A DNA stretch of 64,000 bases from Thermoproteota archaeon (GCA_030550585.1 JAUQPB010000001.1:1-64000), one strand, 5' to 3'; positions 1 to 9,997 are shown, numbered from the stretch's first letter. The notes: a model not told the origin generated them from the letters alone. Made by a program: numbers and translations.

Positions 1-35
1 TGGAGGGCTACGACGAGCCAGCCAAGCTGGATCCA

Positions 36-805
36 CTTTCAATTCCATTTATCGGATTCTTCGGGGGGACAAGATGCCGGCGATCAGGGTGATGCCAGAG
101 AGCTTTCAATTCCATTTATTGGATTCATACACTGTGTCGGTTATGAGGAGCTACTTTGGTAGCGTATATGGCTTTCAATTCCATTTATTGGATTCCTGTA
201 GATGTCTGTTCCTAGGTCTGCGAGCTTTGCAAGTAGGACCTTTCAATTCCATTTATCGGATTCCACAACACCACTCATAGCATTCATAGTCAGGTTTATC
301 ATGGAATCTTTCAATTCCATTTATCGGATTCGGAAAACCTGCCGAAAATTGTGAGCGAGGCTGTAAGCATCTGCAGAACACTTTCAATTCCATTTATAGG
401 ATTCTTCGTCGCTTAGGTGCCAGTCCTCGTCGAGCTCGTAAATGATGAACTTTCAATTCCATTTATCGGATTCTTGTATCGGGCTATGTAGCAGTAGACA
501 AAACAGTCTATGACAACTTTCAATTCCATTTATCGGATTCCGATGATCATGGCAACGACAATACACACTTTATGCAGAAGAACTTTCAATTCCATTTATC
601 GGATTCCCCGCAAGAACTTGAGTTAAAGTTGAATTTCGGCAGATTAGAACTTTCAATTCCATTTATCGGATTCCTTTGAAGCCATGCTAAGATCTCTTAT
701 TGTCGATAGGATCGCCTTTCAATTCCATTTATTGGATTCAAAACCAAATTTGTTGACGACCCATTTTCAGAGGAGCTTATGCTTTCAATTCCATTTATTG
801 GATTC
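36..805 (-). CRISPR. CRISPR array, 12 repeats of 24 bp (GAATCCGATAAATGGAATTGAAAG in transcribed sense), spacers 42-49 bp; probably continues past the left edge
   Basis: CTTTCAATTCCATTTATCGGATTC or 1-nt variants start at 36, 103, 172, 240, 308, 381, 450, 517, 583, 650, 716 and 782, with unique spacers. The ATTGAAAG 3' end is typical of crenarchaeal repeats. Confidence 0.98.
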
Positions 806-1140
806 TGTGCTTGGTTCTCTTGTTTGAGAGTCTCCATTTGCGGATTCGAAGCAGTTCAATATACTATGTGTTGAATCTGGTATAAAAGCTTTTAAGCAAA
901 TTAGCGTTAATCGCCATGCGATTGCCATAAAACATCAATGATCTGAAGAGACCATAGCTGCAATACAGCTATTGCAATGAACACCATAAAGAGTTTTGAG
1001 AAGGAGTTGACAAAATTGCATACACAGAGATTGTTCTCACGAAGTGATAAAAGCTTTTAAAGCCCTTAAATATCTTTGCAAACCCAGCACTGCATGTACA
1101 GAATATGGAAAGAGATGAAAGATTTAAAACTCTATTGTTT
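806..1140 (-). promoter_or_regulatory. CRISPR leader with archaeal promoter elements
   Basis: AT-rich and non-coding. Minus-strand AAAAGCTTTTATA (BRE/TATA-like) at about 881-893 points into the array, and ATAAAAGCTTTTAA recurs at about 1048. Confidence 0.7.
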
Positions 1141-2000
1141 TGTGTGGACTGGAAACCTATGTGGCTTGGGACTTTGTTTTTAGAAAGTTTTTGTTGTGTT
1201 CTCTCTTTCTAGATGTTTTGCACAATCTATAGGCCTTGAAATCAGCGTCATTGGTGTAGAGGTTTGTTTGATGAAAATGGTTTTGTCTGATGCTCGGCTG
1301 GCTACAGGTTTTAGTAGCATCTTTTCTTTGTGGCAATGGCTCTTTGCATATTGTTGTTTTTAGCTGGATTAGCATTCTCTATGAGGACACCCATGGCTTT
1401 CCTACGCTATCTATAGACTATTGCAAGGGGCCTCTTCTCAAAGGGCATACCGATTATCTATTGCTAGGCTTGTGTGGAGTGTTGTCTCAGCTGGCAATGA
1501 TGTGACTCTCTTCGCTCTAAGCCATAGTTTGTAGCAAATCTTCTACCTATTTGCTATCCACCTGGGTTTGAGCATTCACTACAACACATTCTACAGCTCC
1601 ATCAGCAGGCCGACAGCTGCAAACCATTTTTCAATTATCTGGCACTGGAAAACGCAGCCGAAACCTATAAGATCTTGGAGTGTGAAGAGTTGCTGGAGTG
1701 GCGCTAGATCCGAGCAGCCTCGTCGCGGATCTGTCCGACGACACTCACTATCCGCTGCCCCGTCCCTGCTCTACAAATTGTTTTCGAAGCGTGTAAGCAG
1801 CGGGGCCAAGCTCTTGGGCTTTCGTGCTTATATCTGTGGAAGAGGAGGTGGGGGCAAGGCAGCCTCTTAGACAATATGCAACTACAATACCGTTGTTTGT
1901 CATATATTATAGAACTGTTTTGGAGACGAATTCTCAACTCCTTTTTGAGCGATACATATATATACCCCCACTGAATAGTAGTATGCTTGGTGGCGTGGAA

Positions 2001-2882
2001 ATGGGTAAGGTCCATAAACCATTCATTGTGCTATTCATAACCGCGGTGTTGTCTCTGGCAATAGCTTTGCCAGCACCGTTGATCACAGTTCGTGCAGCAA
2101 ATCCCAGTGTCACAGATTCAGATAATGGTGTGTGGAGTGTGGGTGCAATGTATATAAATGCCTATAGTAGTTGCCAATGCTCGGCAAATGACCTCCAATG
2201 CTGTGACGATGCCGCATCCTATATACTTACACTCCCTGGCTTCAGACAAGGCTTTCTGCTAGCTGACGGAGCTGTCACGGATTTGGCACTAATAGACAAA
2301 ACCTATGGAGGGGCTGACGATGTTTATGCCGATAGCGTCGACCTCCTTCTATTTGCTGGTCATGGAGATGTAGACAATTTGTATGTATGTAACTCGAGGT
2401 TCGGCTGTTGTGTCACACCTTCTATGATGCGTCTTGGAGACAAGGATTTGGAGTGGTTCATAGTAGATTCCTGCAAGGCGTTGAAGAGTATGTATGATGA
2501 TTTGATCAACTCCCCGTGGATTAAAGCGTTCAAGGGGTTGCATGCTGTAGCCGGTTTTGCAACAACGGTACCTGATGTCGATGCCACATATGTATGCATC
2601 TTCTCATGGTGTTTCAGAACGGGCTACGCATGTGGGTTGAGAGAGAAATACTTTGTCAATTATTTCTCAAGCGGCGAAACCTTTGCTACAGCATGGCTCA
2701 AAGCTACAAAAGAAGCTCTTAGCTACGTAGGCTTTGAGGAACCAATTATATCGTGTGTCTTCGGCCCTTGGGACGACAAAACACAGAGTTATGGCATTTA
2801 CGATGCTCCATACAAAGGATATCTAACAAATGATGTGTATAGCCCGGTGTACTTCATGGGCATGTGCACGACCATTGGCTAG
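2001..2882 (+). CDS. Secreted DUF6345-like protein (caspase/CHAT-like His-Cys fold)
   Basis: Signal peptide after ATG 2001. Motifs ADSVDLLLFAGHG, LGDKDLEWFIVDSC and FKGLHAVAGF. Confidence 0.65.
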   Translation: MGKVHKPFIVLFITAVLSLAIALPAPLITVRAANPSVTDSDNGVWSVGAMYINAYSSCQCSANDLQCCDDAASYILTLPGFRQGFLLADGAVTDLALIDKTYGGADDVYADSVDLLLFAGHGDVDNLYVCNSRFGCCVTPSMMRLGDKDLEWFIVDSCKALKSMYDDLINSPWIKAFKGLHAVAGFATTVPDVDATYVCIFSWCFRTGYACGLREKYFVNYFSSGETFATAWLKATKEALSYVGFEEPIISCVFGPWDDKTQSYGIYDAPYKGYLTNDVYSPVYFMGMCTTIG

Positions 2883-2899
2883 ATATGGTGGGTGGGCCC

Positions 2900-4324
2900 A
2901 TGAGAAGACTCCTAACATTTGCACTTATAGCCGTGGTCGCCATATCGATTATCCTAGTTGTCCTGAACAAAGCTGGCTTTAACCAAGAGCAGGGAGTTGT
3001 TATAGCAGTTCAGGACCCCACATACAATTTTGTGAAGATAAAGCAGCAAAGTTTCTATATACTCCAGGTAGATGAAATGAGTTTAGATGAGGACTTTGCC
3101 AAGGACCTTGGTGCTGCGCTGAACATCAGTATAGACAAGTCGTTTTGTTCGCAGGGTTCTCCAACTGTGTGTAGAAAGTATGACAGTGTCAATAGGTTTG
3201 AACATGTGCTGAAGTTTGATAGGCTGGGGAGGATCGAATACTATATCAACTGGCTATCCCCGGAGATACCCTTGGTGCCGGGTAGAGAGCCTCCAGCGAT
3301 TGCTCAAATAGATGAGAGTAGGGCTGTAGATATTGCTACAAGGGTTTTAAGAGAAGTGTCTCTGGTGTTAAGTAGAAGAGGGTTTAACGTTAGTGGATGG
3401 AGCTTTAATCCAGTTTACAAGAATGTTTCAATGGAATTCATATTTGCCGATGTTGAGAAAGGTGTTGCATATAAAATCCCTGGGAGAGTGCAGGTGGTGT
3501 TCAATGCTAGCTATGCAGGCATCCCAGTAATGGGGCGGTACTACGTTGAGATATCACTCTACAGCCTGAAGCCCGTGGATCTAGAACTCGACATGTTTAA
3601 CTTTAGACCTGTAAAAAAGATTGACTCAAAAAACGTTCTCCCAGTCGATGCAGCTATAAAGAAGCACATCAATATGTCACTAGTTAGAATTGTGGCTAAA
3701 AGAGATGTAAAGGTATTGAATGTAACGCACATCGACATGGTTTACAACATAGTTAATGTGGGTGGCAAGGTATATGCCATTCCATTCTATAAAATCAGGC
3801 TCCTCGGAATAAACGCCACATTCTATGTGCCAATAGCTGAGGATGAGGCATTGCAAGAGATATCGAAAAAGATGGCTGAGCAGCAACAGAAAATCGAGAA
3901 AATTGTTATTGATCCAAAGAATGTGAATAGAATTGTTATAAAGGCTAGAAACAACAATACCGGCGAAATAAGTGTGGTGACCGTGGTGGAGCCGCAGCTC
4001 ATAGAAAAGATAGTAAATAGTGTGGCAGACACAATCGCTTCAAAGATAGCAGAAGGCAATTTCAACATCACCCTCAGCGAAGATGAGGCGTCTACACTTC
4101 TAAACAAATCCGATAGCTACATCTTGATAGAGCTGAAAAACCCGATTGTAGCTAAAGCTGGCATCGACCCAGTAGAAAAGATTCTGACAGCTGACATCAC
4201 TACCAGTGTATCTGAATCCGATACAGGGACAGCTAGCAAAATAGATATGTATACATGTTTAAAGACTGTACACGGCAACTGGGTATGTGCGCTTCGCAGC
4301 CTACTTATATATCCTAGACACTAA
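2900..4324 (+). CDS. Membrane-anchored/secreted hypothetical protein, co-transcribed with the DUF6345-like gene
   Basis: Long ORF with an N-terminal hydrophobic anchor (MRRLLTFALIAVVAISIILVVL) and a GGTG RBS. Confidence 0.75.
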   Translation: MRRLLTFALIAVVAISIILVVLNKAGFNQEQGVVIAVQDPTYNFVKIKQQSFYILQVDEMSLDEDFAKDLGAALNISIDKSFCSQGSPTVCRKYDSVNRFEHVLKFDRLGRIEYYINWLSPEIPLVPGREPPAIAQIDESRAVDIATRVLREVSLVLSRRGFNVSGWSFNPVYKNVSMEFIFADVEKGVAYKIPGRVQVVFNASYAGIPVMGRYYVEISLYSLKPVDLELDMFNFRPVKKIDSKNVLPVDAAIKKHINMSLVRIVAKRDVKVLNVTHIDMVYNIVNVGGKVYAIPFYKIRLLGINATFYVPIAEDEALQEISKKMAEQQQKIEKIVIDPKNVNRIVIKARNNNTGEISVVTVVEPQLIEKIVNSVADTIASKIAEGNFNITLSEDEASTLLNKSDSYILIELKNPIVAKAGIDPVEKILTADITTSVSESDTGTASKIDMYTCLKTVHGNWVCALRSLLIYPRH

Positions 4325-4474
4325 TATAATTGAATATATTTTTACATTCATTAACCTGACAGCGGGTTCTGCAGACCCTAGCCCCCGGCCTTCGGCTATG
4401 GTGGAGGCTGTGTCCGGCCATGTCTTCCCAGAGACATAGCTGTTGGCATGAGTTGAAAGAAATTTTGGATTGGT

Positions 4475-4861
4475 TTAAGGGAATTCACAGCCTGCTGTGT
4501 AGGCCCTTAGCACATCTCTTATACTGATTATGCCAAGCAGCCTATTATACTCGTCTACCACAGGCATGTGTCTAATACCCTTTTCAAGCATTTTTATTGC
4601 TATTGCGGCAATGTTGTCTGTTGGATATGCCGAAATAACATTTGTTGTCATAACATTTTTTATTGGTGTGTTTATGTCTATGCCTAGAGCCACCACCTTC
4701 ACAAGATCCCTCTCTGTAAATATTCCGATAACTCTATTGCTTTCATCTACAATCAGTACGCTACCTATGTTTTTCTCGCTCATGATCTTCGCCACATCCT
4801 TTATGCTTGCTTCGGCGCTTGCCGTAACAACTTCAGTTCTCATAATATCTTTTACACTCAT
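4475..4861 (-). CDS. CBS-domain pair protein
   Basis: VKDIM...IGSVLIVD...GIFTERD...IRHMPVVD...GIISIRD. Confidence 0.92.
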   Translation of the reverse strand: MSVKDIMRTEVVTASAEASIKDVAKIMSEKNIGSVLIVDESNRVIGIFTERDLVKVVALGIDINTPIKNVMTTNVISAYPTDNIAAIAIKMLEKGIRHMPVVDEYNRLLGIISIRDVLRAYTAGCEFP

Positions 4862-5328
4862 TTTATCTCACCAACTCGATATTTTAGCTACACTCGTCTA
4901 TAAGCTTATATCTGGAAATAGACAAACAATGTTTTAGCGCATTTAGCTAGCCTCTAAATCATTACTCAAACAAGTTACATTGTTAGACCATATCTTTGAG
5001 AATCGTGTATTGCAAGGTGTTTTGGCTTTTTGTGTTCGAATCTTTCTTGGGGTGCTTTATAGCTGGTCTATAATTGCTTTGTCTATAGGGTACAAATTAG
5101 ATTTGTTGACAGGCTCTTGTAGAGAACCTTTATTACTTATGTTGCAAAATGACCTATGGATAATAGGGTCGATGGTCAGAGCCATGGCTCTAGCATGCAT
5201 TGGTGCATGCAGTTCTAGAGGGTCTTGTGTGACAGATGTGGAGGTCGTTTCACTCGATTCACCGAATTTGGGGGTTCAGACTGGTTTTGCTAGCTATGTA
5301 GATAAGAGGCGTTTTCTCCTGTCTTGGG

Positions 5329-6846
5329 GTGGTTGTTTTGGGTGGATCTGGTGAGAGGAGTGGTATTGGAGCTCTGTTGGCCGGTGTTAGACTGCTGTTC
5401 AACAACCCTATTGCGCGTGCTATTCTGAGGGCGGCTACAGCTGAGTCTTGTTGCATGTATGGGGATAGATGTGTAAGCGCTTCTGCGATATACCATGCCC
5501 TGTCTATGTATGTTGGCGAGAATGTTGTATGCCCTGTCGCAACTAGGTTTGTGGGGGCAATAATCGATGGCATTATAGATGTTGGTGTGAAGCTTCTTAG
5601 AGGCAGAGAGGAGGATGTTGTCGAAGCCCTTAAAGACCCTGCTGTAAGACGTGGTGTTGCAACTGTGTTGAAGGGACTGGGGCTATACGGTGTGACAGTC
5701 CCACAGAAACTGCCGGCACCGTTCATGATAGTGTGGAACTTCACCAACATGTGCAACCTTAGATGCAAACACTGTTACCAGAGAGCCGACAAGCCACTGC
5801 CAAATGAGCTTAGCTTGAAGGAGAAGATCATGGTCGTTGACCAGCTCGACAAAGCTGGCGTTGCAGCAATAGCTTTGAGTGGTGGAGAGCCAACAATACA
5901 CCCACACTTCTATATAGTGCTACACGAAATAGCTTCGAGGGGTATGTACACAGCTGTTGCAACAAATGGGTGGGCCTTCGCAGATATGGAGAGAATTGAG
6001 AAGGCAAAGAAGCTTGGGCTAAGATATGTCGAGGTCTCTGTCGACAGCGCAAATCCTGTGAAACACGACGAGTTTAGAGGGGTTAGAGGCTCGTGGGAAA
6101 GAGCTGTCAAAGCACTTGAGAACGCTGTGAAGCTGGGGCTGAACCACGCCATGGCCGTCACAATAACTAAGATGAACATCGACGAGGTTGACGATATTCT
6201 CGACCTTGCTGAGAGCATTGGCGTTAAAAGGGTTGTCTTCTTCAATTTTGTGCCGACTGGGAGAGGAGAGGAGAACAAACACCTTGACCTAGATCCAATA
6301 GAAAGAGAGGAGTTTCTCAGAACAATATATAGAGAAATGGGTAGGAGAAAGCTGGAGATACTGAGCACAGCACCACAATATGGGAGGGTAGCTCTACAGC
6401 TAAGCGGGGGGAGAAGCATGGCACCAACACACTTCTATGTAGGTGGCGACCCAGTGGTAAAGGCAGTCGCAGAGTTTGTTGGTGGCTGTGGGGCTGGGAG
6501 GATATATGCAGGGCTCCAGCCAGACGGAACGCTCACACCATGTGTATTCATGCCGATACCCGTAGGCAACCTGAGGGAAAGGCCATTCTGGGAAATCTGG
6601 GAGAACACCCCACTATTCAAAGCATTGAGAGATAGAGACAGGCTCAAAGGGTTCTGCTCAAAATGTCCATACAGAAACGTGTGCGGAGGGTGTAGAGCAA
6701 GAGCATACGCATATTTCGGAGACCCACTAGCACCCGACCCAGGATGCATATACAACATGAGGTACTGGAAAGAGATAGCTAGAGAGCCTCAGGAAAGTAG
6801 ACATCAATATCAGTTGTTGCAATTGAGCCCAAAAACGATATTGTAA
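5329..6846 (+). CDS. Radical SAM protein with C-terminal SPASM domain
   Basis: CNLRCKHC and SGGEP motifs; C-terminal CGAG...PC...CSKCPYRNVCGGCRARA...C. Start uncertain by a few codons. Confidence 0.92.
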   Translation: MVVLGGSGERSGIGALLAGVRLLFNNPIARAILRAATAESCCMYGDRCVSASAIYHALSMYVGENVVCPVATRFVGAIIDGIIDVGVKLLRGREEDVVEALKDPAVRRGVATVLKGLGLYGVTVPQKLPAPFMIVWNFTNMCNLRCKHCYQRADKPLPNELSLKEKIMVVDQLDKAGVAAIALSGGEPTIHPHFYIVLHEIASRGMYTAVATNGWAFADMERIEKAKKLGLRYVEVSVDSANPVKHDEFRGVRGSWERAVKALENAVKLGLNHAMAVTITKMNIDEVDDILDLAESIGVKRVVFFNFVPTGRGEENKHLDLDPIEREEFLRTIYREMGRRKLEILSTAPQYGRVALQLSGGRSMAPTHFYVGGDPVVKAVAEFVGGCGAGRIYAGLQPDGTLTPCVFMPIPVGNLRERPFWEIWENTPLFKALRDRDRLKGFCSKCPYRNVCGGCRARAYAYFGDPLAPDPGCIYNMRYWKEIAREPQESRHQYQLLQLSPKTIL

Positions 6847-6930
6847 AAACCCTCTATACAGCACCATCAGCATCTAAACCCATATCCTATAAATAAATTT
6901 TTTAGGTACTTAATCATATTACATACCTGT

Positions 6931-7593
6931 GTGGATATTGCTATGCAACCAGATTTTGTAGAGGCCCTAACCATTTTATCTATCCTAGTACCTATTCTAT
7001 CGACTCTTGGCGGCATTACCTACTGGCTTGGCAAGAAATTTGCAGAAATAGACCACAGGTTTAGAGAGATAGACCATAGGTTCAAAGAGATAGACAGAAG
7101 ATTTGAGGAAATAGACAAGAGATTTGAAGAGATAGACAAGAGGTTTAGAGATATCGATGAGAGATTCAAAGAGATGGAAAAGAAGTTTGATGAGCTTAAG
7201 GGATACATAGACATGCGGATTACTAGACTTGGAGAAGCATTTAGATCCTATCAAGAGTTTTTCATTGAGTATCTAGCATCACAAGATCTGTTAAAGCCTC
7301 TTGAGGCATCTATGCTGAAAAACGAGGCTATGAGGATAATTAGGCTTGCTACCCCCAATCCAATATCAAAAGAGGAGTGGAGAAGGATAAAAGAGCTTCT
7401 AGAAAAAGACGAGCTAACACTTGAAGAGGCTCTCGAACTTAGAGAACTTGCTAGAAAGGTAACCGATGAATATGGTGAAAGACCAGAGGCTTGGAAGTTA
7501 CATGCATACGCCTCTTTAATGGTCGGATACGCTTTGAGAAAGATGAGGAAAGAGGAAGAGAAAAGGAAACAGGAAGAGAAGAAAGGCGGGTAG
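6931..7593 (+). CDS. paREP15-like membrane-anchored coiled-coil protein
   Basis: N-terminal TM helix, (F-x-E-I-D-x-R) heptads, C-terminal NPISKEEW...LTLEEALEL...AWKL. Confidence 0.75.
   Translation: MDIAMQPDFVEALTILSILVPILSTLGGITYWLGKKFAEIDHRFREIDHRFKEIDRRFEEIDKRFEEIDKRFRDIDERFKEMEKKFDELKGYIDMRITRLGEAFRSYQEFFIEYLASQDLLKPLEASMLKNEAMRIIRLATPNPISKEEWRRIKELLEKDELTLEEALELRELARKVTDEYGERPEAWKLHAYASLMVGYALRKMRKEEEKRKQEEKKGG
7039..7190 (+). repeat. Imperfect 21-bp tandem repeat encoding heptads; 7087-7179 is identical to 9458-9550
   Basis: Direct sequence comparison. Confidence 0.9.
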
Positions 7594-7757
7594 AACCTAA
7601 AACTTATTGTAGTACTTGTTATTGGCAACAATGCTGTTTTGAAAAAGGATGAACTGCTTCAAAAACTTTACGAAGCTAACCAATAAAAATTTCATTTGTA
7701 GAGAAATGTTCAATCTCAATAAAAATAAGGTGTTTTTGGTGCAGTACAAAATATGAT

Positions 7758-9215
7758 TTATGATATTATTAGTAGATTTGCTGAGTGTGGTGGTATTGTT
7801 AACACTTCTCTTGTTTGTGGCACTCTCTCCTCTATTCTGACTCTGTTTGGCTCTTCGAATGTGTTTTTATCGTCTATGGAGGATCCCGCCACATACCTGT
7901 GTATAATTGTTGATGGCTCTAGGCCTTTTATGTGCAGGTGTATCTCGGCTTCTTCCTCTGGATGCCTGTTAACGATGTAGAGATACATTTTGTTGTCTAC
8001 CCTCACTGCAGAGGCGTCTATGTATGGAACTAGCATGTCCAGCTCTTCTGATCTATATGTTGGTGATGCCACATATGTTGCAACTACATCACCCTCCCTA
8101 GTCTCTGAGTATAGTCTAAACACAAGGTATTGTGGTGTTAGAAGAATTCTATCGTCTTTCGTTAGCATCAGTGGCAACACATTTACTGTTTGCGCAAATG
8201 TTGCTATTGGAACTATTTTCGATAGTCTCTGAAGAGCGTTTAGCACAAGCGCTGTGAACACAGCGTCTTTAACGCTTGTTATCTGCTCTAGATATGGGGG
8301 CTGCGCCTCCGGATACCACACATTCCACTCGTCGAATGCTATCCTTATATCCCTCTTTATATTGTATTTCCGCTTGGTCTGCTGAACAACGTTGTATATG
8401 CTCTTCAGGTTCTCCTCTATCCGTATAGGCCATGCAACAAGGTCTTCATATCTCTTCCCCTGCCTATCTGCAAATATGTATGTGTGTATAGATAGATAGT
8501 CTATGTAGTCGCCAGCTATTCTAATCATGTCTATGTTCCACTCTGGGTCGTAGTCAACCCCAACGGCGACAAGCTTTATTGTTGGGTCCACCCTCCTCAT
8601 ATGGTCGGCAAACTGAACAGTTCTCCAACCACATTCCTCAGCATCTCTACAGAAGCCGACCTGCCACCTACCATATAATTCGTTTCCAATGCCCCACAAC
8701 CTAACGTTGTAAGGCTCTGGATGACCATATTTCCTCCTGAGATTAGCGTAGTATGTATCCTTTGTAGAGTTGCAGTATTCGACCCATGCAGCAGCCTCCT
8801 CAGGAGTCCCATTACCGGCATTGACAACTATGTAGGGCTCTGCACCAACAAGCCTAGCCCACTCAACAAATTCGTCGGTTCCAAACTCGTTTGGCTCGAC
8901 CTGCCCCCAAGCCAAGTCAAATCTCTTTGGCCTGCTCTCCCTGGGTCCAACACCATCGAGCCAGTTGTATTGGGAAACAAAGTTTCCGCCAGGCCACCTA
9001 ACAACAGTGGGCTTAATGGCTTTGACAGCCTCTAGAACATCGAGTCTAAAGCCCCTTAGATTTGGTATGCTAGACCTCTCCCCAACCCATATACCACCAT
9101 AGATACACCTGCCAAGATGCTCTATAAACTGTCCATAGATTCTCTTATCAAGTTGCGATACAATCGATGAGGCGTCAAGATAGACATCAGATTTAATCAT
9201 AGCTCTATCCACCAA
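7758..9215 (-). CDS. abfA: Alpha-L-arabinofuranosidase, GH51
   Basis: YGQFIEHLGRCIYGG, RWPGGNF, WGIGNE, FDEWNVW, AQTVNVL. Confidence 0.93.
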   Translation of the reverse strand: MVDRAMIKSDVYLDASSIVSQLDKRIYGQFIEHLGRCIYGGIWVGERSSIPNLRGFRLDVLEAVKAIKPTVVRWPGGNFVSQYNWLDGVGPRESRPKRFDLAWGQVEPNEFGTDEFVEWARLVGAEPYIVVNAGNGTPEEAAAWVEYCNSTKDTYYANLRRKYGHPEPYNVRLWGIGNELYGRWQVGFCRDAEECGWRTVQFADHMRRVDPTIKLVAVGVDYDPEWNIDMIRIAGDYIDYLSIHTYIFADRQGKRYEDLVAWPIRIEENLKSIYNVVQQTKRKYNIKRDIRIAFDEWNVWYPEAQPPYLEQITSVKDAVFTALVLNALQRLSKIVPIATFAQTVNVLPLMLTKDDRILLTPQYLVFRLYSETREGDVVATYVASPTYRSEELDMLVPYIDASAVRVDNKMYLYIVNRHPEEEAEIHLHIKGLEPSTIIHRYVAGSSIDDKNTFEEPNRVRIEERVPQTREVLTIPPHSANLLIIS

Positions 9216-9340
9216 GCTACATGCAAAAGAAAGAAGCTTAAAACTATATTGTTAGACAATTCTAGGCAACAATGCTTTGAAGTCGCAATAGCATATAAGT
9301 TTTCTAAGGGTAGGATTTTTGCTGAGGAGCTAGGTCTGCT

Positions 9341-9997
9341 ATGAGCATCGACATCTTGATATCTACGATATCGTCTATCGCTGCTATAGTAGCCTCTGTA
9401 GCGTCTCTAGCTTATTGGCTTGGCAAGAAATTTGCGGAAATAGACCGCAGGTTTAGGGAGATAGACAGAAGATTTGAGGAAATAGACAAGAGATTTGAAG
9501 AGATAGACAAGAGGTTTAGAGATATCGATGAGAGATTCAAAGAGATGGAACGCAGGTTTGAGTCTTTAGAGAAGAGGGTTTCGGGAGTTGAGGAGAGGAT
9601 TGCAAGACTTGAAAACAGCCTTAGACAGTTCTCGGAGGTTTTGATAGGTTCTCTAGAGGTTAAGGGTGTGTTTACATCGACTGAGGCCACAGCTCTGAAG
9701 AACCTTGTCAAGGCTTTGATACCTATTCCAAGCTCTAAGTACTACACTAGAGAGGTTTATGAGAGGTTGAAGCGGTTGCTCGATAAGGATTCCAATGAAT
9801 ATACCATGGCCGATATATACGAGTTGGAGGAGATAGCAGATCTAATAGAGAAAGAGGGTTACGAGTCAAAGAGGAGAGAGCTCATCGACTATGCATGGAA
9901 GCTTAGATACTTTGCTATGGTGGCCAAGGTAGTGTTTATATATCCAAAGCTCAGAAAGCTTGCAGAGCAAGGAAAGAACATGATAACGCCGTCGTAA
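9341..9997 (+). CDS. paREP15-like membrane-anchored coiled-coil protein (paralog of 6931-7593)
   Basis: TM helix, YWLGKKFAEID heptads, C-terminal SKYYTREVYERL...AWKL. Confidence 0.75.
   Translation: MSIDILISTISSIAAIVASVASLAYWLGKKFAEIDRRFREIDRRFEEIDKRFEEIDKRFRDIDERFKEMERRFESLEKRVSGVEERIARLENSLRQFSEVLIGSLEVKGVFTSTEATALKNLVKALIPIPSSKYYTREVYERLKRLLDKDSNEYTMADIYELEEIADLIEKEGYESKRRELIDYAWKLRYFAMVAKVVFIYPKLRKLAEQGKNMITPS

Noticed and set aside
74-280. 68-aa ORF with repeated FQFHLLDS
   Set aside because: It is a translation of CRISPR repeats and spacers.
806-4324. cas genes or a tracrRNA beside the array
   Set aside because: No Cas motifs recognised. Repeat-like matches at about 1628 (TTTCAATT) and 4453 (TTGAAAG) are too short to be anti-repeats.
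6931-9997. Diversity-generating retroelement TR/VR pair
   Set aside because: The main shared block is identical, both copies are in coding genes, and no reverse transcriptase is present.
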